64,000 bases of DNA from a virus. Location: positions 32,001 through 96,000 of the IMG/VR virus record IMGVR_UViG_3300032893_000010; one strand, written 5' to 3'. The notes below the pieces were generated by a model. That model had not been told where the DNA came from and ran no database searches. It saw only the letters and a program-made list of their open reading frames with translations. Positions 38,727 to 48,941 of this stretch are shown piece after piece (within the stretch, counting starts at the first letter, position 1; the number at the start of each line of letters is the position of its first letter). Both the position numbers and the translations under genes were made by a program.

Positions 38727-40563
38727 ATGGCTGGTCGTAATGTCGAGAAGACTGTAACCCTCAGGTTTGTTGCACCGTTCAACTCGGGCACTCCTGATAG
38801 AATCGCTCTTAATGATGATAAGAATACTGTTCTGGCTCTGCTGTCTGCTATCGCTCTTGCTGACCTGGATCTGGTCAGCGTGGTCAGCGTGGTCAGCAGG
38901 GAGCTTACAGGAGAAGAATCCGACAAGGTAGATGCATACTGGGTTGCTGAAGTGAAAAAGGCGAAGTCCCAAAATCCGCATGATCCTTTTGAGGATATTC
39001 TCTATTCTATGCTCTGACTTTAACAGAAGATGAATAGTACCCTGACATTGGCCTATTGCCGGGGCATAGGCAATGTTAGAAGGCTGGGATGAGAAATGAT
39101 CCGTGAGTCGTCCTTCTAGTCAGGAGAACATCATTCATAATGAATGAAAAAGATAACTGGGATATCCAGCATGAGAGGTACAAAAGACAATCAGGTCCCT
39201 GGTATGGTTCAGTAGAACCAGCAACTATCATGGGAATGGAACATTTCATCTCTATGATGAGACGAAAAGAAGAGCCGCTGCATCCTGAATGGGCTTTTGC
39301 CGCATGGGTTTACAGTGAGGAAATGGCATTCATCAGGAGTATTACTCAAGGAGAATAATGAATTTCCTTATCAGGCTTATTATAGGACCAGTCCTGCTAG
39401 TGGTATTTACAGCATTCGGTGTTCTTATGACTATCTATGCTGGGCTCGGCTGGATGTTCACTGGTTCTGCCTACGTTAAAATAGTGTGGCCACGCTGGAA
39501 ATAACTTGAACTACAGGTCTTGACATCATCGAGATTACCGTGATAGGGTGTTCACATGACATCGAAAATCACTCACAAGGAGTCAGATAACGTCCATCCT
39601 CCGCTAGCTGTGGAAATAATCGCAACAAGTTACGGTTCATTCACCGTGCATGAGAAGTCATGTAACATCATAGACAGAGACTGGAACATGCATGGTGTCT
39701 GCCAGTATTCTATGGCTGGTGTAAGGTCAGTCCAGGAAATAGCAGAAGAGATGATAAATCAGGGTGAGGCAAGACAAGATGCCAGTAAGCTAATCAATAC
39801 TGGTCATAGTCTCCTGGGTATCACCATGAAGCGGGTTATCTGCCATACCTGCGCAAGACATCTAGAAGGAAGCGGTATAAAGTTGTCATGAGTGTTACAT
39901 CATATCAGGTCTATTCTGTCGATACAGAAGAAAACATCCACGCTGAGAGATGGACGAACGACATAAATATCGCTTTCGGAGCAGCTAGGGAAATCCTGGA
40001 CAAGGAAGATGTCTTCAAGGTAATCATAGAAAAGGACAAGTACTGATGAGAAGCCTGTACCACAAAGAACTAGAAGAACTAGTACGCTGGTTTCTTCATA
40101 ACATATCTCAGGAAACAAGAGGGAAGCTCATGGGTGAGCTACCAGTACATTACAAGCTTCTTTACCCTGATGTGGATACTGAAATTATCACACGCAAGGT
40201 AGAGGAAAGAATCAATCAGGTAGCGGCACAGCCAGATCCGATTCCAGTGGGCAGGTACTAATGTATGATGTAAAGAATCGTGAAGTGAATTACGAAACCT
40301 ACATCGTCTCTATGTTCATCAACCATACCAGTAGTAATCTGACTACGGTCAAGTTCATGGCGCGGGCGAAGTTCGGTGCTCTTAGTAATCCATGTGAGGA
40401 AGGCTTGGCGGCTTTCTGCACGTGGCTGAGGGAATTCGTGGAAGGTCATCTAGAGCCAGAATACAAGCCAGATTTCATATCCAGCCTGATCAATCACGCA
40501 ATCTCTAGCGTAGACTGGTATGAGCTGGCAAAGGAACTATACGAAGGGGCTAAGGAAAAGTAA
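38727..40563 (+). CDS. Small hypothetical early genes (38727-39017, 39140-39358, 39556-39891, 40046-40261, 40261-40563)
   Basis: ORF track with RBSs; 39556 appears leaderless. Confidence 0.6.
39520..39549 (+). promoter_or_regulatory. SigA/HrdB-type promoter, leaderless transcript
   Basis: TTGACA-N18-TAGGGT, then 6 nt, then ATG 39556. Confidence 0.7.
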
Positions 40564-40997
40564 TGTCTAAGACATTCACTAATGAAGATGGCAGATGGTA
40601 CGAGCAAGCGGCTAGGCATATCAGGAAGCGAGTACAATCCAAGTACTATATGGAAACCGGTATCGTAGACCTGAATGAAGGTCTGGAAGATTCTCCAGTT
40701 CAGATAACGGGAAACATTAGGATCAGGATCTTATGAAAGCGCACGTAAAACTCGTGAAAGCAGGAGATGCTTTCACTTCAGAAAGCCATGTTACAGACAT
40801 CTATAACATAGAGGCTAACACCATCTACTATCCCAAGCCAGGCTACCAAGTCTCTATGATCGAATTCAAGGAGAATTAAAATGAGTGTCTTGTGGTGGGC
40901 TCTCCCGATAGAATTCATAGTGGTAGGAATTCTCATCTGTATTTCTTTCATGTTCTGGGGAGGCTCACGGTCTGAGGATGAAGATCCAAGATAGGTA

Positions 40998-41027
40998 TTG
41001 ACACGTCTAGTCTTGGTGTGCTACCGT
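40998..41027 (+). promoter_or_regulatory. SigA/HrdB-type promoter
   Basis: TTGACA-N18-TACCGT with extended -10 TG. Confidence 0.7.
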
Positions 41028-41275
41028 GTGGGTAGTCAGGGTTCGATTCCCGCTAGGCGTACAAAGAGAGTAAAAAAGGAAGACACAGGAGAAATAAGAT
41101 GTGGCTTAACGCAGAAGAAGAAGAAGAAGAAGGAATCCCTATGGTTCGCCGCACATGCAAATGCGGTAGAGCATACTGGGTTATCGAAGAAGAAGATGAT
41201 GGCATGTGCAATGAGTGCTACTACGCCAATGAGCCGTGGTACTACCTGAATCTCCTGAAAGAAGGCTAGACAATC

Positions 41276-41965
41276 ATGGCCAGAGATTACGAAAGCATCG
41301 TAAAAGGTCTATTCGCCAAGGCTAACGCTGAAGGTGTAACTCCAGACGAAAAAGAAGCCCTGGAGACTAAGGCTTTTGAGCTTATGGCAAGATACGGTGT
41401 AAGTAGGGTAACTGAGGAAGATAAGAACAAGACAGCTACTCATTTCCCTGTATCCTTCTCAGGTCAGTGGACTACCAGGCAAGTGTCTTTGTTCAATCAG
41501 ATAGCAAGGCATTTCAACTGCACTGTCGTAGACGCCACTAACAGCAAGAAGCACGGTACATACTATGTCTTCGGATTCGAATCTGACATAGACAGCACTG
41601 CTTTCCTGTATTCTATCCTGGAAAATCAGATGTTCGCTGAACTAGCCTGGGTAAGCGTTCCTGAAGGTAAGAGCACTAAATCTTACAGGAATGCATGGCT
41701 GCTGGGATATACCTCTCGTATCAAGGAAAGACTAGATGAGACTAAGAGAACAGCAGAACAAGAATCTGCTCCTGGATATGCTCTAGCTCTCAGAGACAGG
41801 TCACTAGCAGTGAAAGATGAGATTGCCAAGATTATAGGCAAGACTCGCGGGACTAAGAGTACCTATCGTGGTCGTGATGCATTCACATCGGGAAGAGAGG
41901 CAGGAGATAGGGCACAATTCAACCTCAGAGATAGTGTAGGAGGAAGAAAAGAGCTAGGAAAGTAA
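41276..41965 (+). CDS. DUF2786-family protein
   Basis: VKGLFAKA....TPDEKEAL..KA.ELMARYGV; FGFESD; YRNAWLLGY..RI..RL; G.EAGDRA. Confidence 0.8.
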   Translation: MARDYESIVKGLFAKANAEGVTPDEKEALETKAFELMARYGVSRVTEEDKNKTATHFPVSFSGQWTTRQVSLFNQIARHFNCTVVDATNSKKHGTYYVFGFESDIDSTAFLYSILENQMFAELAWVSVPEGKSTKSYRNAWLLGYTSRIKERLDETKRTAEQESAPGYALALRDRSLAVKDEIAKIIGKTRGTKSTYRGRDAFTSGREAGDRAQFNLRDSVGGRKELGK

Positions 41966-42047
41966 ACTGCAAGAAAACACCTTGCTACTGGGAAGCAGAA
42001 CTAGCCGAGATCGTAGAAGATGAGTAAAAATTTCTGAACGCACCTCA

Positions 42048-42076
42048 TTGACAAGTGGCTCCCTGTCTGGTAGTGT
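42048..42076 (+). promoter_or_regulatory. SigA/HrdB-type promoter
   Basis: TTGACA-N17-TAGTGT with extended -10 TG. Confidence 0.75.
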
Positions 42077-42117
42077 CCTGAGTGTTAGGTCACAGACCCA
42101 AGCAGGGAGTCACCTTC

Positions 42118-43674
42118 ATGTCTACTACATATAAGCCAACACTAGAACAAATCGATATATGCAATGCATTTCAGGAGATGATGGAGTCCTTTGACAGGAC
42201 TAACCGTAAAGTAGTAATAAATGCCGGTGCCGGTACTGGCAAGACCAGTACTCTGGTCTTGCTGGCTGACATAGCTAAGAAGCTGGGCAAGAAGGGCCGT
42301 TTCATGGCCTTTAACAAAGCTATAGTAACAGCGGCATCGAAGAAGATGCCTGATAACGTGAAATGCTCTACATTTCACGCATACTTCTACGGCACTGTTG
42401 GTCAGTTCTACAAGCATCGCAGTGACAGGGTATCAGCAGACTTTACAGCTCGTCATCTGGGCATCAAAGATGATTTGGAGCTAAGTGACAAGAAGCTCAC
42501 TCCTGTAATGCAGGCGCGCATCCTGTACAGGGCTATCAATAAGTTCTCCATGTCAGATGACATGGAGATAAGCAGATTTCACATTCCATTCGTCAAAGGG
42601 GTGACGAATGAGGATATGGATCTCATCAGGGCTACTCTAAGTCCTTATCTTAAGCCTATGTGGCAGGACATAGCTTCTAAAGAGGGAGTTCTCAGGTTCA
42701 AGCCTGAGAACTATATCAAGATAGGCGCCCTGAGTAATCCTAAGATAGCGGCATCGTTCGTGATGATCGATGAAGCACAGGACACTTTCCCTGTGTTCCT
42801 GGGATGGCTTAAGAGGCAGCCTCATATAAGGCTAGTGGTCGTAGGCGACCGCGCGCAGGCCATTAATGAGTGGACCGGCGCAATCGATGCGATGGATAAA
42901 TTCGAATCCATCGACAGGGAAACAGGTCTGTCTAAGAACGACGTAACTTACCTGACTCTCAGTAAGTCATTCAGGTTCGGCCCAGAACTAGCCGACGAAG
43001 CCAACCGCTGGCTGTACCTTCATAATGAAGGTACGTTCATGCTAGAGGGTAATGAAAGCAAGTCTACGGTCGTCACAGATATAGATGATGGCGGTATCTA
43101 TGATGCCATCATCTGCCGGACGAATGCAGGAGTATTCGAATCGGCGATGAGTCTCGTGGAATCTGGTATCAAAGTCTCTATGAGTAAGAGAAACCAAGAT
43201 GAGCTGGAAGACATAGCTAAGGCTGCTCTTCAGCTTATGGCGGGGACCTCATGTGACTACGAAGCATTCCAGGCATTCGACAACTGGCATGAAGTTAAGG
43301 ATGCAGTAGAAAACGATCCTGGCTTCTCTGATCTGAAGACCCTGGTAAACATCATAGAGAAGTATGGCGCTAATGCCCTGCTGGATCTTTCCAGCAGGCT
43401 AGTTCCTTCAGATATGGCGCAGACTATGATAATAACAGCTCATACTTCAAAGGGCCTGGAGTTTAACAGGGTAAAAATCTGGAATGACTTCTTCGTCCCA
43501 GAGGACACGTCAGACGGTGAACCTGGAGAGATTCCTAAGAGTGAGGTAATGCTTCACTACGTAGCTATCACTAGGGCCAAGGAATATCTTTACCGTGGAT
43601 CTCTCGACATGATCGATCTCTACGTGAACTATGATGACGAAGAGTCAGACGACATGGAGGATGAAGATTCGTGA
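42118..43674 (+). CDS. UvrD/Rep-like superfamily 1 helicase
   Basis: PTLEQ, AGAGTGKTSTL, IDEAQD, VGDRAQAI, LSKSFRFG, TAHTSKGLEF, YVAITRAK. Confidence 0.93.
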   Translation: MSTTYKPTLEQIDICNAFQEMMESFDRTNRKVVINAGAGTGKTSTLVLLADIAKKLGKKGRFMAFNKAIVTAASKKMPDNVKCSTFHAYFYGTVGQFYKHRSDRVSADFTARHLGIKDDLELSDKKLTPVMQARILYRAINKFSMSDDMEISRFHIPFVKGVTNEDMDLIRATLSPYLKPMWQDIASKEGVLRFKPENYIKIGALSNPKIAASFVMIDEAQDTFPVFLGWLKRQPHIRLVVVGDRAQAINEWTGAIDAMDKFESIDRETGLSKNDVTYLTLSKSFRFGPELADEANRWLYLHNEGTFMLEGNESKSTVVTDIDDGGIYDAIICRTNAGVFESAMSLVESGIKVSMSKRNQDELEDIAKAALQLMAGTSCDYEAFQAFDNWHEVKDAVENDPGFSDLKTLVNIIEKYGANALLDLSSRLVPSDMAQTMIITAHTSKGLEFNRVKIWNDFFVPEDTSDGEPGEIPKSEVMLHYVAITRAKEYLYRGSLDMIDLYVNYDDEESDDMEDEDS

Positions 43675-43755
43675 TCTACAAATAGTAACAACTCCCTTGG
43701 CACAGTCTGTATGGATGTAGCCGCAAAGGCAGTCAAGGGAGCGGAGGTAAAGATA

Positions 43756-43971
43756 ATGTATTCTTACCGCGGCGGCCAGCCATTCACAGAAGAACAGAGG
43801 CTAATCAGTAAGAACTCTAGTGATAGAACAAAGAAAGCGCTATCAGCTAAAGGATACAGAGAGCCATGGAATAAAGGAATGACTGGCCTGAAATACAGTT
43901 GTACTATCTGTAGAGAGCCAGGACACTACCAGCAATGCTGCCCGACACTAGTTACAGTGAGGGTTATCTGA
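43756..43971 (+). CDS. NUMOD3-like + CCHC zinc-knuckle microprotein
   Basis: GGAGGT RBS; FTEEQRLIS, PWNKG, CTICREPGHYQQCCP. Confidence 0.55.
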   Translation: MYSYRGGQPFTEEQRLISKNSSDRTKKALSAKGYREPWNKGMTGLKYSCTICREPGHYQQCCPTLVTVRVI

Positions 43972-44787
43972 TATGCAAGATGAAAGAGATATGAATGTTG
44001 TAGGCATAGCTTTCGCTGTAGCATCGCTGGCTACGATAGAGGCCACTACATGGTGGGAGATGGTACTAGGATTTCTTATCATGATATGGTGCATAGGATA
44101 TTCATTGTACAGATCTAAGAAGGACAAATGACTAGATGGAAAGCTGAGGTCTCGTATCAAGACCAGTACGGGAAGATAATAGTTGAAACTAAGGAGTATG
44201 AAACAGGTAAGAAGCCTAGCAGTTCCGTAGTGATAAGTGACCTGGTGCCTAGAGGATGTGAAACTGTATCAATTAGCATAGTTAAATCTAAGTGAGGAAC
44301 TGAACGAGTATTTCACGAAATTTCAAACGAGGAAAATACGAAAAACCAAATGAAGTCCTGGGGAATCACGACGCAGGTAATAGTGACGTTCAATGTAGTG
44401 AACATACAACACGCATACATAGTGATGTGTGAACTTCAGGAACTTCTGGAAGACAATGAATACTATGAGGATGCGATGATGTCTGTAACAGACAGACATC
44501 ATGATCATGATGAAGGCAGATGTCCGGTATGCCTCTGTCCGCAGTCACAACATACATACCGGGCACTAAATAAGACATATTGCCTGTACCATCAGAAAAT
44601 ATGTGAAACTTTGACAAACACTGACAAAACATCATAAACTCTGTCATAGCTACATGAAACAGGCAAGCAGGACATAGGCTGCGTCTTGCTCGCAACCATG
44701 GGACGTTGGTCCCTAGGCTCATGAGCTAGACTCACGTGTGAGTCTGCGCAGGTCAAAGCACAAATCAGGGATTTTTCAAGATCTGAG

Positions 44788-44816
44788 TTGACAACCATGC
44801 TGGTGCCTGGTTAACT
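44788..44816 (+). promoter_or_regulatory. Promoter (TTGACA-N17-TTAACT variant, as at 36991)
   Basis: Both 36991 and 44788 read TTGACA...GGTTAACTGT; a further TTGACA-N18-TAAACT lies at 44611. Confidence 0.6.
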
Positions 44817-44884
44817 GTAGCTATCGCAAGGACGACGGGAACAAGATCCCGTGACAGACGATTCCGAAAACGGAGGTAATCAAA

Positions 44885-45445
44885 ATGACTGCTACCATCA
44901 CGCGGTCCCGTAGGTCTGATGCCCACACCCCGGTGACTCCTGCGGAGACTCCTGCCGATCGTGCGCCTAGGGTTACGCCTAGCCAGCCTCAGGCCACCGA
45001 CACACCGACTCAGGGTAACCTGGGGAATATGATGTTCTCGGTAGTGACGAGCGAAGTCATCGAACCCAAGCGCGGTCTCGGTCGCGCAAAGGTAGACATC
45101 CCTGTTCATATCAAGAACGCTTTTCAGCACATGTTCCTGACGAACCCGTCCGGTGGCTCAGACAAGATGGAGGTTGTTCGCGCCACGATGACCAACAGCG
45201 ATATCAACCGCTATCTGAAGATGGGTGGCCTCAAGAAGCTTACGGAAACTCTGCCGTACCCTGATCGCAAGTATGTCAAGTCCAGTGTCGTCACGATTCC
45301 TGGCTCCCCCAATCCTCAGAGCGTGGCTAAGGAGGACGCAGGCAAGCCGGTTAACATTCAGTGGGTCGTTTACCGGCTGTCTGAGGACCAGCTAGCTGAG
45401 CGCGAAGGACGCAGGGCCGAACGGCAGGCCAATCGCACTAGCTAA
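44885..45445 (+). CDS. Hypothetical protein, GC-rich codon usage
   Basis: GGAGGT RBS; codons visibly more G/C-ending than neighbouring genes. Confidence 0.8.
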   Translation: MTATITRSRRSDAHTPVTPAETPADRAPRVTPSQPQATDTPTQGNLGNMMFSVVTSEVIEPKRGLGRAKVDIPVHIKNAFQHMFLTNPSGGSDKMEVVRATMTNSDINRYLKMGGLKKLTETLPYPDRKYVKSSVVTIPGSPNPQSVAKEDAGKPVNIQWVVYRLSEDQLAEREGRRAERQANRTS

Positions 45446-45591
45446 CCTCACACAGCACCAAGTTAGGGGCCGACCTTCCAGTCGGCCCCTAAAGCCGTTT
45501 CTAGGGCAATTCCCGGACGAAGTTTGAAACGAACATCTCACAAGCTGAAAACTAGGCGTAAACCTGCTCAAATCAGACATAACACGCAGAT

Positions 45592-45628
45592 AGGTCTGAC
45601 CTGGCCGACTGTCGGCCAGGTCAGACCT
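45592..45628. repeat. 37-bp palindrome
   Basis: AGGTCTGACCTGGCCGAC-T-GTCGGCCAGGTCAGACCT. Confidence 0.9.
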
Positions 45629-46179
45629 GTTTATGCAGGTCAGAGCACGCATGGTCATATACGGCCCTGAGATCAACGCTAAGGCACTCTACATAGCTCT
45701 TAGCTGTGATGACCTTAACCCGTACCTGCGGCATCCCAGGGACACGTACAGAGCCATACAGGACCAATGCAGGCCAGCGCCGCCACCTTGGGAGGCAGGC
45801 CAGGAACACCACGACCTGGCTTTATATACAAGAGATAACAATATCTTCTGATTTACTTCTTTTTTCTTGACATGGTGTGCCAGTACAAGAGATATTGAGC
45901 ATGCTACATAAAAATTACATCGATTCGTTCCCGTACTAGTTCAAAACGGACAGAACGGGCGATATGGGCGAATCTGAGCACGGACCTTGACATGTTAACA
46001 GCGGACGGGCCATATGGTGACACGCATAGCCATATGCGCCTAGATGTACGTACATACATCGTTAATGCTACGATTGAGGACATTTTGCCCATTGTCGGGG
46101 TGATGCCAGTAGGTAGGTCCCCACTGGCATTGCTCACATTGGACAAAACAGCCAAACCGGACAAGATAGGACAAATCAT

Positions 46180-48402
46180 ATGAGATGGAATTTTATTATC
46201 AATAACATGATATTCCGCTCAGATGACAAGGAAGAATGCCGAACGGTAATGAGCATAGCAAGAGAGAATAATCTGCACATTAAGATCATCTCTTCTGAAG
46301 AGGCACAGAAGTTGCTTAAAATGGGCTATCCGGCTCTTTAGTACGTATTTAGTCGTATTGACACTCATTACTGACAATACGGCCATGCACGTGCTAAACC
46401 GGACAAAAGGGGTTAATCATGACGGACTCGACATCTGGCGTTATCCCTGACGAGAACACGCCAGCCGGCACCAAACTACGCAATATCCACACAGAGATAA
46501 TCGGAAGTCTCACAAGCTACCACAAAGGTTCAAATCCGGCATATGACTCAGTTGGGTGGGATGCCTTCGGAAAGGAATCTTTCGGTCATCCTGCCTCTTT
46601 CCGCATTTATGACCCAGCTTACTACGATGACGACAAGTAGGCACTAGTCGTCAGTTTTAGGGTCATACTGGACAATCAGGCCAGTGTGGCTCAATTCTGG
46701 CGAATAGGACATAACAACGCAGGAGAGGACAAACCTTGACAAACTGGATTATCACGGCCAAACTGCCTGAGGATGGCAAAAACGCCCAGCCATTCACGAT
46801 GTACGTAGAAGCGGACAATCTGGTCAAAGCCGCACAAAAGGCACAAAGCTACTGCAAGCGTGCCAACTTCGACATTCTCAGTCTTTCGAGGATAGACGGG
46901 GACATCCCGGCCAAAGCCGATAACATAACTCGTAAGTAGGCAAGAGAGGACAAAACAGACAATGACTAGCATACGGCATGAAGACATGATGAACTTGCCG
47001 GAAATACGAGATAATGTGAAATTCACCACAAACATGTCCACATCGGGCAGTGGCGTGTATCTCGCGTTTTATCAGTCAAAAACCGACACAGATGGCAACG
47101 AGGTAAGTTCGTCGCATATCATGCTATTTCCGGAACAACTGGACAAAATCATGGAATGGCTACCTAAAGCCTACGAAAGGGCCAAGAAGAGCGATAGTTT
47201 CATAAAGGCAGTCAAGGCAGGACATCTAACCTGATAGCTCGTATTTGCTGGTATATGGTCATATAGCGGGCTAGATACCAGCATTTATGTACATATCAGT
47301 ATAGATGTGTGCAAACCGGGCAAACAAGGAGGAAACATCATGTCTCTGACAGACCTTCGCAAAATGTCCACTACTGCTCTTCTGGCCATAATCTACCAGG
47401 AAGAGCACACGGGTATCGTCGTCTACTCAGGCGATGCCGAAGATATCGTCCGGTCCCGTTTCAGCTCATTCAAGTCAGCTAGGGGTTAGTCGCCATACAG
47501 CACGTGTCAGGTCATATCACTGCTCATTACCAGTGATATGGCCTAATCCGTACTAGATGCGGCAGATCAAGGCAAAAGGGACATAATATGACTTCTGGAG
47601 GCACGGCAGTCATCTCGGGCATAGAGTACGATATCTGCCATACGTGCGGTTACCCTAAGAAAGTGACCGATAAGGACGATATACACATCGGTCACGTGGC
47701 AGACGGGTATCTCCTCCTGCCCTACTTCAGATAGCCCGTAACAAGATCAAGTATCCCGCCCAACCGACTACACCAACCTGACCCCCAACTTGGCTTTGCG
47801 TGGCCCTGAGGGCCACGCAAAGCCAACTGTGTTCCGATGCCCCCTCCGGGGCCAGCCAGGGAAACGGACATAACATGACAAAACAGGAAACAACAGGCAT
47901 GCTGGTGCTTCTGGGCATAGACGAGTACGTAGCAGCATGCATGGTAATATGCGCGCGCAATGAGGGTAAGTACATAGCAAAAGTCCTGAATAACGGCAAT
48001 TACCGGACATACACGATACATCACGGCATGATCGGCAATATCACCCATACTTACTCAATCGAGATAAGTTAGGACTAATCACCCCTGGTGCGGCCTAAAC
48101 TACTCATCTAGGTCGTATGATCACGAAAAGGACATATCATGCTAGTGTGCCCTAAGAAAGGCAAGTGCCCCATCTGCGGCCAAGAACACAACAAGTCAGA
48201 TAATAACACAAACTAGACATCTCGGGTCATATCAGTACGTACAAGACAAGAAAGGGTAAACAGCATGGAATGCACTCATTGCGGGCATACGCACATAAAT
48301 CCCGCAGAAGGCACAATCGACATAAACAAGTGCTTCATGCTCATACAAGACGAGGGAGAACAATTCCCTCGTCCCTGCCCATGTCAGGATTTTGACCACT
48401 AA
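46180..48402 (+). CDS. Array of nine small genes (46180-46341, 46419-46640, 46736-46939, 46962-47234, 47340-47489, 47588-47734, 47875-48072, 48139-48216, 48265-48402)
   Basis: Each preceded by a purine-rich RBS-like sequence; most separated by hairpins. Confidence 0.6.
47790..47826. repeat. 37-bp palindrome
   Basis: TTGGCTTTGCGTGGCCCT-G-AGGGCCACGCAAAGCCAA. Confidence 0.9.
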
Positions 48403-48476
48403 ACTGAATAAATCGGGTCATACTGAGACAATCAATACCAAAGCGCTCAGTGTGGCTCAATCTATCCAGTTCAAGT

Positions 48477-48666
48477 AGTCAGTACTCATAAGGAGACAAT
48501 AGCCTAATTCGCATCAAACAGGCAGTTAGTAGTCAAAAGGTAAAACTGGACTAATTCCTCTCATAACGTGAGCTAGTACTCATAAGCAATGAAACAGCCT
48601 AATTCCCTCTCAAACCAGTAGTTAGTACTCATAAGCGATAAACAGGCTAATTCCTGGTCAGAACCT
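48477..48666. repeat. Four imperfect ~48-bp tandem repeats
   Basis: Units start 48477, 48524, 48571, 48620; AGYYAGTASTCAWAAG...CTAATTC. Confidence 0.85.
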
Positions 48667-48941
48667 ACCAAAAGATATCAAATCATCACAATCAGTATCA
48701 AAGTACTTGAAAACAGGAGAAATAATGACAAATCGTAATGAATCAGACACTAAGAACAATATATCTGAGACCCCCATCATTAAGTCAAAACGGATAAAAC
48801 GGACAGGGCCAGGAAAATATTGTGTATATTCAGGTTTATATCTGTGACAGTATCATTGCTTACTGTATTTTCCTGACCCTTTTCATCTTATCCTGATTAC
48901 AGTTTACCGGGTATCCGGTTACAGATGTATGAACTTTCTTG

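Noticed and set aside
40998-41249. Tracked ORF with poly-Lys
   Set aside because: Starts on a promoter -35 box; the RBS-supported frame from 41099 reads poly-Glu with CxC/CxxC instead
45592-47826. Protelomerase (tel) sites
   Set aside because: No protelomerase in the window, the two palindromes are unrelated, and gene content looks lytic
46339-48471. Integron attC cassette array
   Set aside because: No RYYYAAC/GTTRRRY boxes and no integrase; wobble pattern favours + strand RNA
48477-48666. CRISPR array
   Set aside because: Units are ~48 bp and similar throughout, with no unique spacers; the Cas4-like gene at 23155 is a stand-alone replication-region nuclease and there are no other cas genes
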